Source: an uncultured Acidobacteriaceae bacterium
Lineage (GTDB): Bacteria > Acidobacteriota > Terriglobia > Terriglobales > Acidobacteriaceae
Direction of reading: 5' to 3'
NCBI GenBank assembly: GCA_964509525.1
Contig: CAZDYZ010001058.1
Location: forward strand, 1-28,636
Length of the DNA: 28,636 nucleotides
Shown: positions 9,424-17,078 of the stretch, one piece after another
Numbering within the stretch: position 1 is the first letter of the stretch
Layout: each line of letters opens with the position of its first letter
Position numbers and translations under genes: made by a program
The notes under the pieces: model-generated
Seen by the model: the letters and a program-made list of their open reading frames with translations, nothing else
The model's database searches: none
Told to the model about the DNA's origin: nothing

Positions 9424-9460
9424 AACCCCGGCCTGAAACCCCGGCCTAAAACCCCTCCGG
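9421..9460 (+). repeat. 13-bp tandem duplication starting at the ku stop codon
   Basis: TGAAACCCCGGCC x2, followed by the degenerate copy TAAAACCCCTCCGG. Confidence 0.8.
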
Positions 9461-9571
9461 CAGACAACCTAGGAGAAGTCGTTGTAATACTTCTACGTTG
9501 TCTAGCACCTTAGGTGTATCATAATGAAACACTAAAGTAATACTTTGCTATAGACGAAGAGTGCTCGTCTG

Positions 9572-10276
9572 ATGAGCTTGACTGCAAAGAAAACGACGGC
9601 AAAGAAGCGGGACGCGAACACAGCTCCTGTGAAAGAACCGATTCGTGTTGCAGTGCTCGAAAGTGATCCCCTTCGCTTCGAGGGTTTTCGCGCTATTTTT
9701 GGCTCCCATGCCGAGTTCCGCGTCCGCTCTTCAACGGTGCCGATGATTCTGAAGGCACTGGACGACGATGTTGTTTTGATGACCAGCAGCCGAGGCGCTG
9801 CGTTTTATTCCGCTCTGTCTGCGTTAAAAGCTGTGCGTCCGGGTGTGCGGGTCATTGTCACCGGTCCGGGTAGAAACGATGAAGACATTTTGCGGGCGAT
9901 TGCTGCGGGAGCGAAGGGATATGTTCCGGAAGATGCCAGCGCCGCGCACTTCAAGCAGGCCATCCGCTTGGTGCACAGCGGCTCGGTATGGGCTCCCAGA
10001 AGGCTGCTGGCAATTTTCATCGAGCGCGTAACCGGCTCCTCGGCCACCCGCCTGATACGGCCGCACAACGGCCAAATGATCAGCCGCCGCCAACGCCAGG
10101 TCTTGGCACTGCTGGCCGTGGGCAGCTCCAACCGCGAGATCGCAGGCGAACTTGGCCTCAAGGAGCGCACTATCAAGGCTCATGTCTCCGAGCTGCTTCG
10201 CAAGATCGGCGCCCCCAATCGGATCGCTCTGTCGGTCCATCCCCTCACGCACACGCTGCTCGCGGTCGATCTCTAA
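9572..10276 (+). CDS. NarL/LuxR-family response regulator with degenerate (pseudo) receiver domain
   Basis: C-terminal HTH ISRRQRQVLALLAVGSSNREIAGELGLKERTIKAHVSELLRKIG. The receiver has DVVLMTS where DVVLMD is canonical. Confidence 0.9.
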   Translation: MSLTAKKTTAKKRDANTAPVKEPIRVAVLESDPLRFEGFRAIFGSHAEFRVRSSTVPMILKALDDDVVLMTSSRGAAFYSALSALKAVRPGVRVIVTGPGRNDEDILRAIAAGAKGYVPEDASAAHFKQAIRLVHSGSVWAPRRLLAIFIERVTGSSATRLIRPHNGQMISRRQRQVLALLAVGSSNREIAGELGLKERTIKAHVSELLRKIGAPNRIALSVHPLTHTLLAVDL

Positions 10277-10323
10277 ATCGGCTGGTTTTGAAGGTTGCCC
10301 CAAACCTTGCCCCAGCCCCTGAC

Positions 10324-10418
10324 ATGGTAAGGTTACCATACCCCCAGTTTATTACTAAAGTACAGTTACCTAACATGTACCTTCGTAACTTGCATTCAGT
10401 TACCTTTAAGGGCATACT
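10324..10418 (+). promoter_or_regulatory. Sigma70-type promoter with overlapping inverted-repeat operator candidates
   Basis: TTGCAT (10390-10395)-N17-CATACT (10413-10418); perfect 7-2-7 inverted repeat ATGGTAA-GG-TTACCAT (10324-10339); GTAACT-N7-AGTTAC (10385-10403) spanning the -35; CAGTTACCT repeated at 10363 and 10397. Confidence 0.6.
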
Positions 10419-10424
10419 GCATTC

Positions 10425-10495
10425 ACCTACCACAGAACCTGGGAGACGGGGCTGGAAGAGGTTACGAGGGTCTCCTTTTTCAGCCCCCTTGTTTT
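10425..10495 (+). ncRNA. Candidate ~70-nt small RNA or attenuator leader
   Basis: Predicted start ~7 nt after the -10 box, ending in an intrinsic terminator. No ORF with a credible RBS. Confidence 0.4.
10448..10495 (+). terminator. Rho-independent terminator
   Basis: 14-bp stem GGGGCTGGAAGAGG / CCTTTTTCAGCCCC (with G-U pairs) followed by TTGTTTTT. Confidence 0.7.
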
Positions 10496-10527
10496 TCGGG
10501 CAACCTGACCGACATAGATGCCGCTGA

Positions 10528-10578
10528 GCTGGTTACTCTCTAGGTTCCTCCTCCGACACTAAAGAGTAACCAGCTTTT
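10528..10578 (+). terminator. Second hairpin, possibly a terminator or a long-spaced operator
   Basis: Perfect 12-bp inverted repeat GCTGGTTACTCT (10528-10539) / AGAGTAACCAGC (10563-10574) followed by TTTT; the loop is 23 nt. Confidence 0.45.
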
Positions 10579-10675
10579 ATCCTTCTTCCGGCTCAAACTG
10601 GTGTCCAACCGACGTAAGATGACAGCAGTCGGCTCATCGCAGGCCGAGAACACGCGTTGGATCGGAGTCGAGTGA

Positions 10676-11572
10676 ATGAAAAAAATTGCAGTGGTCACGC
10701 TTTCCGCACTTTCCCTGGCTTTGGGTGCCGTCGCATCGAACAGGCACGAAGCGACCATGGATCGTGTGCAAACTTCCAGCACCGTACTGCGCCAGATCAT
10801 GTCGGCTCCGGACCGCGCCATTCCCGATGCAATCATGTCGGGAGCCAAGTGCATTGCCATCGTGCCCTCGACGTTGAAGGGGGGCTTCATGTTCGGCGCC
10901 AACTATGGAAAAGGTGTCGCCACCTGTCGCACAGAACACGGTTGGAGCGCGCCAGTCTTTTTCCTGATGACCGGAGGCAGCTTCGGCTTTCAGGTCGGTG
11001 GACAGGCCTCCGATCTGGTTCTGGTTATCCGCACCGACGACGGCATGCAGCACCTTTTACAGAGCAAGTTTAAGTTAGGTGCCGATGCCTCCGCGGCCGC
11101 CGGGCCTGTGGGGCGAGATGCTCAGGCCTCGACCGACCTTACGCTGCGCGCCCAGGTGCTTACCTATTCACGCTCGCGTGGCTTGTTTGTTGGCGTGTCG
11201 TTAGGAGGCGCCGTCATTCGTCAGGACCAGGCGGACACACAAGCCTTCTACGGCAAGGGCTGGACCTTTTATTCCCTGCTGAAGGGACAGGTTCCAGCTA
11301 CCCCGGATTCCCTCGTCTTACTGAATACTGTCGAAAAGTACGCTCCGACGGGGAAAGCTCCCGTCCCGGCCACGCCTACTGTTGCTCCTTCGGCAACCAG
11401 CACGCCGCCGGCAATAAACCCGGCGCCGCCACCGGCCAACACTGCAGCGAAGACGCCGGAACCAGCTGAGACAACGCCGGCCGCCACTCCCAGTACGACT
11501 GCTGCCGCAGCCTCCGCACCTGTGGCATCAACTGCCCCTGACGCGTCAGGCAGTGCAACTACGCAACGGTAG
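10676..11572 (+). CDS. Lipid-binding SYLF/YSC84 domain protein, secreted, with Pro/Ala/Thr-rich tail
   Basis: AIPDAIMSGAKCIAIVP, KGGFMFGANYGKGVATCR, GWSAPVF, GGSFGFQVG, AAAGPVGR and YSRSRGLFVGVSL. Confidence 0.93.
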   Translation: MKKIAVVTLSALSLALGAVASNRHEATMDRVQTSSTVLRQIMSAPDRAIPDAIMSGAKCIAIVPSTLKGGFMFGANYGKGVATCRTEHGWSAPVFFLMTGGSFGFQVGGQASDLVLVIRTDDGMQHLLQSKFKLGADASAAAGPVGRDAQASTDLTLRAQVLTYSRSRGLFVGVSLGGAVIRQDQADTQAFYGKGWTFYSLLKGQVPATPDSLVLLNTVEKYAPTGKAPVPATPTVAPSATSTPPAINPAPPPANTAAKTPEPAETTPAATPSTTAAAASAPVASTAPDASGSATTQR

Positions 11573-12230
11573 GTCCAGGTCAAGCACAACCGATTTTGTG
11601 ACACCCCTGGGGTAGATTCCCCGACGTTTGCGTCCGGCAAGTTAGCCTCGCACTCGCCAGAAGCGGGGTCCTCGCCGGCGAACCCTTGGAAGGCCTACTC
11701 GCCGAGCGACAGCGCGATGTGTCTGCAGGGCTTCGCTCTATCGCAATGACGGCTGAACTCACGGCCAGGAAGAGCCCACAACCTCAGGAAGTTTCCGTTC
11801 GCTGATGAGACCCAGGCTGCAGTCATCCCCCGCCATTTCGTTGACTGCCTTTTCTGAGGGCGAGTGAATTGCGGGTATATCCTACAATGTGGTATACGAT
11901 GGCAATCTGCGCCAACCACCCGCGCCAACCCTCACAAAACGTGGTGACGATACGTACTTTTCCACAGCCGACTCACATCCGTGCCATAAAGAAAAAGCAA
12001 GATGGCGCGCACAACGTGATCCGCAGATTTGGTCGACCCTGTGCTTTGTTGCACTTGCGTCCCCAAAAAGCATCGCGTTGAGCTCCTGCGGAAATCAGAT
12101 GCATCGGCACGCTGATGATGGTTTACAGAGTCGCTACGACCGTCGATAATATTCAGGTGTTCGCGCGTCATGTCCAGGCTCTCGTCTCTTTCAGAAATAA
12201 TGTGTCTTACGTTGTAGGAGCAATGCATTT

Positions 12231-12461
12231 ATGGAATCTGTAGTGGAAACTCTTCCCCAAGTCAGTGATCGCGACCGTATTTGGTTTTTCCCCGACAAAT
12301 TCTGGCGAGCCACCAAGGGCATGTCGCAGGAAGCGGTGTCGGCTCTGTTGCAAGAGGTCGAAGCATACGCGGCGGCGGGCGACGTTCAAGCCCTCAAGAA
12401 ATATCCGTTTGTGTTTGTTGGAGATCCCTACAAGAGAAAGAAGACCAAGCCCGCTGCCTAG
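12231..12461 (+). CDS. Small hypothetical protein (76 aa)
   Basis: AGGAG RBS about 10 nt upstream and protein-like composition. WFFPDKFWRATKGMSQEAV weakly recalls DUF1376/YdaU N-termini. Confidence 0.5.
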   Translation: MESVVETLPQVSDRDRIWFFPDKFWRATKGMSQEAVSALLQEVEAYAAAGDVQALKKYPFVFVGDPYKRKKTKPAA

Positions 12462-12499
12462 GCCTACGCCGCTGGTTTGGCAGCATATAAGGAGGATCA

Positions 12500-12720
12500 T
12501 CGTAGAACATCGCATCCATCGGCATCGATCTAGGCAACACCAGCTTTCACCTGGTCGCATTGGGGGAACGTAACAAGGTTCTGGTTCGCAAGAACTTCTC
12601 CCGTAAGCAGCTGTCAACCTATACCGCGAAACTGCCCGCCTTGCTCATCGGCTTTGAGGCCTTTGCGGGGGCGCACTTTCCCGAGTGCGGCCCTTGCAAG
12701 AGCAAAGACACCAGAAGCGC
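12500..12720 (+). mobile_element. IS110-family transposase (DEDD recombinase) N-terminal remnant
   Basis: IASIGIDLGNTSFHLVALGERNKVLVRKNFSRKQLSTYTAKLPALLIGFEAFAGAHF matches the IS110 N-terminus (GIDLGK..FH...IGMEAC.GAH). There is a GGAGG RBS, but a TAG lies where the start should be. It frameshifts after GAHF and has no C-terminal domain. Confidence 0.85.
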
Positions 12721-13079
12721 GAAGTCGTGGCTGGAAGACGACCCGTCCTTGTTAACTAGACCGACTGATCTTGGTCAATCTCATTGACTTACGACTACTT
12801 TGTGTTCGGCAGTGTGCAGCCGTTTTCATCGATTTTGCGCTCTGATGCAGTAAGACTCGCGGGCACAGAGACTTGAGAACGAAGGTTAAACATAGGATGT
12901 CACTGAGCGGCCTTTGGGTCCGATCGCGCTTCCACCGCAGCAATCACAAAGCCAAAGGGCATGCGTCACCGCCAGTTAAGCCAGTTGTCGTAATAATCCA
13001 CAGCAGAGGCAATAGCATCATATCTGGAACGGTACTAGCTCCGCGACCGAAGGCGACTCAGAGCCAGTCTGAGTTCGCA

Positions 13080-13382
13080 ATGCACGGTTCACGAGATGAG
13101 ATTTACGCAACGGGCAAGGCTCTACACGAGAAGTGCCTGCGAAAGGGCTACGCCGACTGGAAAGCGGCCGCCGACCGACCCGATCCGGGTCGATCCGGTC
13201 TTGCAGGCAGAGAAGGGGCGGTTGCCCGAACTGTTACCGTTGCGGCATGGGCGCATGGTGCGCTCGGCATTCACCTTCTACCGTGGGGCAGCATTCACAA
13301 TGGCCTTCGATTTGGCATCCACTCCTTCCAACGGAATACGCGTCCAGTGCTGCCCGATGCCCACCTTTGTAATTGTGGGAGG
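13080..13382 (+). pseudogene. DUF2252 family protein, 5' fragment with two frameshifts
   Basis: Across frames: GKALHEKC...DRPDP / VLQAEKGRLPELLPLRHGRMVRSAFTFYRGAAFTMAFDLASTPSNGIRVQCC / DAHLCN(C)G, matching the DUF2252 RYGRM..SPF.FYRG.A..MA.DL...VQ.CGDAHL.NFG signature. Truncated. Confidence 0.85.
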
Positions 13383-13389
13383 TCAAGCG

Positions 13390-13916
13390 GCTATGCGCCG
13401 AAGCTGAAAAAGCGAACAGCGCTGCTGGCCAAGCTGCGGGAGATCTTCCGACATAGTGTCAGCCAGCCGATAGGCAGAGTGATTGAACAAGTCAATCCGA
13501 TCCTACGGGGCTGGGTGAACTACTTTGCCATCGGCGATTCGAGTGAATGCTTCTCGTTTTGTCAGAGACTGGGTAGAAAAGAAGGTGCGGCGGCATCTGA
13601 TGCGTGCCCGGGAGGGTTCGGGTTTCGGCCGGCGACGGTGGAGTACGAAGTGGCTGTACGCGAAGCTGGGTCTTTATCACGACCATCGGCTTCGTCGCCT
13701 ATGGTAATCTCCGAAAGCCCCGTTGGCGGAAACGGTCTCATAACCTTAGATTCGAAGCACGTAGGTAAGCCCATTGCGGGAAATCGGCACGATGGTTTTG
13801 ATGAGGCGGGGGCTGGGAACCAGCTTACGGTTTGGCTCGTGAGGCACTCCCAGAGGAAAACGGGGAGCAACGGCTAGGCTGGGCCTAAGGAGTATGGCGC
13901 CAGTCCTCCACCCGAC
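13390..13916 (+). mobile_element. 5'-truncated group II intron: maturase tail, domain V and long domain VI
   Basis: DV at 13767-13799, AAGCCCATTGCGGGAAATCGGCACGATGGTTTT, keeps the AGC triad and AC bulge but has two stem mismatches. A typical extended DVI ends ...GGCGCCAGTCCTCCACCCGAC. Confidence 0.85.
13392..13707 (+). pseudogene. Group II intron maturase (X/thumb domain) fragment, frameshifted, RT domain missing
   Basis: YAPKLKKRTALLAKLREIFR..SQPIGRVIEQVNPILRGWVNYFAIGDSSECFSF, then +1 shift in a T-run at ~13560, then VRDWVEKKVRRHL...GFGRRRWSTKWLY. Confidence 0.88.
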
Positions 13917-14083
13917 CAAACGCGCCGCCGAATCCGCAAATAAAGACAAACGGGCTGCTGAGCACAGAGTTCGCGGGTGTCAGTATCGGGAAGGCGAACG
14001 AATCGTAATTTTGTGACGGTCCCGGCAGAGAAGCAAACGGCGCGACAGAGCTTCCCGACCGATGTGAGGTTTTTGATGGAGCC

Positions 14084-15028
14084 ATGCGATTTCGTCTGGC
14101 AATCCTAATCTGCGCAGGAATGTTTGTGCAGCGTTTCTTCGCTCAGGACCTCGCACCAAGGGCTTATGTCATCACGCCCAAGAATGGTAATGCGCTGACG
14201 CTGACCTGGTCCTATTACAACGGCGGGCTCAACTTCAATGGGGCCATTCCGGTAAACGATGCTCACGGTACCTACAACCTGGGAGTTGGGACCCTCTATC
14301 ATTCGTTCAGTTTCTTTGGACGCTCTGCCAATGTTACCGCCTCGCTGCCATACGCGGTCGGCGATTTTACGGGCGAACTGTTTAACCGGCAGCGGTCGGT
14401 GTATCGCTCCGGCCTGCTCGACTTCAACGTGCGTTTCGCCGTGAATCTCTACGGCGGCCGAGCCATGGATTTGAAACAGTTCTCCAAGTGGAAACAGAAA
14501 ATGCTGTTGGGCGCGAGCCTCAGGGTGGTTGCGCCAACGGGACAGTATGATCCTGCCAGGCTCATCAACTGGGGGATCAATCGGTGGGCCTTTAAACCCG
14601 AGTTTGGCTATTCGCAGCGCTGGGGCAACATCATTTTGGATGGCTATGCCGGGGTATGGTTCTACACAACCAATCCCGCGTACTTCAATATCCCGGTCCC
14701 GCAGCCGCAGACCGAGGAGCCGGTCGGAAGCTTCGAAGGCCACCTGAGCTATGACTTCCAGCGCTTCGGCGTGATGAAGAAGCTTAGAGGTTGGGCCTCG
14801 CTGGACGGCAATTTCTGGTGGGGTGGCATCACGGCCGTGAACAGCATTCGCAATCTTGCTTCGAGGCAAACGAGTTCGCGCATCGGAGCAACCATCTCAA
14901 TTCCCTATTCCCACCACCAGTCGTTGAAAATTGCATATAGCGACGGCGCATACATCCGCGTCGGCGGCAATTACCAGAGCGTATCCGTAGCCTGGCAATA
15001 TTCGTGGATTGGGAAGAACGTCAGGTAG
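14084..15028 (+). CDS. Putative outer-membrane beta-barrel 'transporter' (SphA/MetA-pathway PF13557-like)
   Basis: Signal peptide, AQDLAPRAY, PTGQYDPARLINWGINRWAFKPEFG and a C-terminal WQYSW beta strand. Confidence 0.85.
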   Translation: MRFRLAILICAGMFVQRFFAQDLAPRAYVITPKNGNALTLTWSYYNGGLNFNGAIPVNDAHGTYNLGVGTLYHSFSFFGRSANVTASLPYAVGDFTGELFNRQRSVYRSGLLDFNVRFAVNLYGGRAMDLKQFSKWKQKMLLGASLRVVAPTGQYDPARLINWGINRWAFKPEFGYSQRWGNIILDGYAGVWFYTTNPAYFNIPVPQPQTEEPVGSFEGHLSYDFQRFGVMKKLRGWASLDGNFWWGGITAVNSIRNLASRQTSSRIGATISIPYSHHQSLKIAYSDGAYIRVGGNYQSVSVAWQYSWIGKNVR

Positions 15029-15319
15029 TGGGTCAAGCATTCTCCATTGCGATGCGCCCTTAAAGAAGCTGATGAAGAGGCATGGCGCATTGCTGGCTAA
15101 TTGCTGCTTCCTGAGGAGGCGGCACGGACGGAAATCACCAGTCCCCCTAACTCCAATCCGTGAAAAATAAAACGGCTGGCAAGTCGCTGAAATCACCGAC
15201 GGCTTGAATTTTGGCGATCGACAACCGATAACCGAACGCCGGGGTGGCTTACGGCGTACAGACACGAAATTGAGACGGGAAACTATCCACCAACCGCGAT
15301 CCGCTGCTATAACAACCTC

Positions 15320-16339
15320 ATGCCTCAGAACCTGCAATCGCTGGCGGAATTCACAGCCACTCGCCTGATCGGCGACGGCAGCATCGAAATTAGCGGTGTT
15401 GCCAGTATCGCGCAAGCGCAACCGGGTGATCTGGTCTTTGTTCAAGAGGAGCGCCACTTGGCGCAAGCGATGGCTTCGGCAGCGAGTGTCGTTATCGCCG
15501 GTGAATTTGCAGTTGCGCATTCCGGACGCAAGCCATTGCTGATCGCCGCTCATCCGCGGCTGGCTTTTGCACGGGCTGCGGCCCTGCTGTACCCCCCGAG
15601 GACCTATCCACCGGGCATTCATGAGACCGCGGTAATTCACTCTTCGGCCAAGCTGGCTCTGACTGCCAGCATCGACGCCTATGTCGTGATCGAAGCCAAC
15701 GCGGTTATCGGACCGCGGGTGCATCTGGGAGCGGGCTGTTACGTCGGCACCGGAGTGGTGATCAGCGACGATTGCAATCTCTATCCGCGCGTGGTTATTT
15801 ATCCGGGGACGACGCTGGGACGGCGGGTGGTGGTGCATGCCGGCGCGGTTCTCGGATCCGACGGTTTCGGTTATGTCCGCGACGAGGTATATGGCCGCTA
15901 TCAGAAGTTCCCGCAGATCGGAGAGCTTGTGATTGGCGACTATGTGGAGATCGGGGCCAATGTTGCCATCGATCGCGGCGCGCTGGAGAAGACGATCATC
16001 GGTCCAGGCACAAAGCTTGACAACCTGGTGCATATCGGCCACAACGGCAAGGTCGGAGCTAACGTTGTGATCGCGGCGCAGACGGGTGTTTCGGGAAGCG
16101 CTAAAATCGGCGACGATGTTGTCGTCGGGGGGCAGGTCGGTCTTGCTGATCATGTCACCATCGAGGACGGAGTCATCCTTGGGGGCCAATGTGGCGTACC
16201 GCCGAATAAGGTCATTCGGGGAAAGGGAGTTGTGTTCTGGGGCACACCGGCTCGTCCTCTGCGCGAGTACTTGAAGGGGTTGGCGGTGCTGGCAGGCCTG
16301 GCTCGCAAGGGCGAAAAGAAGACCGGCTCTACACGCTAG
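15320..16339 (+). CDS. lpxD: UDP-3-O-(3-hydroxyacyl)glucosamine N-acyltransferase
   Basis: N-terminal LpxD domain (SGVASIAQAQPGDLVF, HPRLAFARA), hexapeptide repeats, IGSDGFG-like LGSDGFGY, IDRGAL and KLDNLVHIGHN. Confidence 0.95.
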   Translation: MPQNLQSLAEFTATRLIGDGSIEISGVASIAQAQPGDLVFVQEERHLAQAMASAASVVIAGEFAVAHSGRKPLLIAAHPRLAFARAAALLYPPRTYPPGIHETAVIHSSAKLALTASIDAYVVIEANAVIGPRVHLGAGCYVGTGVVISDDCNLYPRVVIYPGTTLGRRVVVHAGAVLGSDGFGYVRDEVYGRYQKFPQIGELVIGDYVEIGANVAIDRGALEKTIIGPGTKLDNLVHIGHNGKVGANVVIAAQTGVSGSAKIGDDVVVGGQVGLADHVTIEDGVILGGQCGVPPNKVIRGKGVVFWGTPARPLREYLKGLAVLAGLARKGEKKTGSTR

Positions 16340-16984
16340 TTGCAAGTCGCTGAGAAACCTGTGGCAGTTATTGTCGTCGGCGGACATTCTCGCAGCGTGG
16401 GCAAGACCAGCGTCGTCGCCGGTCTGATCGCCGCCCTGCCCGAGCTGCGCTGGACGGCTGTCAAGATCACCCAATACGGCCACGGCATCTGTTCCGCCGA
16501 CGGAAAACCCTGCGAATGCGCCACCGACGATCACTCCTGGGCGTTGAGCGAAGAACGCGATAGCAGCGGCAAGAGCGACAGCTCGCGCTTCCTGCTGTCA
16601 GGAGCGGCCCGCTCACTCTGGCTTCGTACGCGCCAGGGAATGCTGGCGGAGGCAATGCCTCGTCTACGCCAGGAGCTCCGGGGAGCAGATCACGCCATTC
16701 TGGAATCCAACTCAGTCATGCGTTTTCTCCGGCCGGACCTTTACATCACGGTACTGGATCCCGCCGTTGCCGACTTCAAGGTGTCGGCCCAGCACTTTCT
16801 CGACCGCGCCGATGCTGTGGTCCTGCACGACTGCAGCAATCAGTTTGCCTGGGCGAAGGTATCACTCAAGCCGGTGGCGGACAGACCGCTATTCCGCATT
16901 CGCCCGCCGCATTACGTCACCCCGGAGCTGGTAGCCTTCGTGCGCCGGAAGCTAGGGGTGGCGGCAAGATTGCAAAGTAGCTGA
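16340..16984 (+). CDS. Uncharacterised P-loop NTPase, MobB-like, with Cys cluster
   Basis: Deviant Walker A VVGGHSRSVGKT, AVKIT, HGICSADGKPCEC and ILESNS. It abuts the lpxD stop; the start may be GTG 16361. Confidence 0.7.
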   Translation: MQVAEKPVAVIVVGGHSRSVGKTSVVAGLIAALPELRWTAVKITQYGHGICSADGKPCECATDDHSWALSEERDSSGKSDSSRFLLSGAARSLWLRTRQGMLAEAMPRLRQELRGADHAILESNSVMRFLRPDLYITVLDPAVADFKVSAQHFLDRADAVVLHDCSNQFAWAKVSLKPVADRPLFRIRPPHYVTPELVAFVRRKLGVAARLQSS

Positions 16985-17078
16985 ATTTGCCCTCCAGTCA
17001 TGGGCCGCCGGATCTCCCAAGGCAATGCCAGGCCGGGAGGCCCTCCTCAGGTTGAGCTAGGGAGAAGGCCTTCCGACG

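Noticed and set aside
9434-9455. CCGGCCTAAA resembles part of a c-di-GMP-I riboswitch
   Set aside because: The GCAAA/GAAA-tetraloop/GACGCAAAG elements are missing; the match is explained by the tandem repeat.
11795-11870. CTGATGA followed by a stem, suggesting a hammerhead ribozyme or fluoride riboswitch
   Set aside because: No GAAA after stem II and no stem III/UH site; no GAUGG..pseudoknot partner for a fluoride aptamer.
12462-12500. IS110 bridge RNA or intact element ends
   Set aside because: Only a short leader and the N-terminal third of the recombinase remain; no recognisable ends or RNA loops can be supported.
12730-13075. Possible additional pseudogene (e.g. YDYFVFGS, MFS-like)
   Set aside because: Too short and interrupted to assign without a search.
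12873-13877. 334-aa plus-strand ORF as a real gene
   Set aside because: Chance open frame that threads DUF2252 and maturase fragments; only short parts are in their true frame.
14897-16534. 545-aa minus-strand ORF
   Set aside because: Antisense shadow of lpxD with no recognisable domain.
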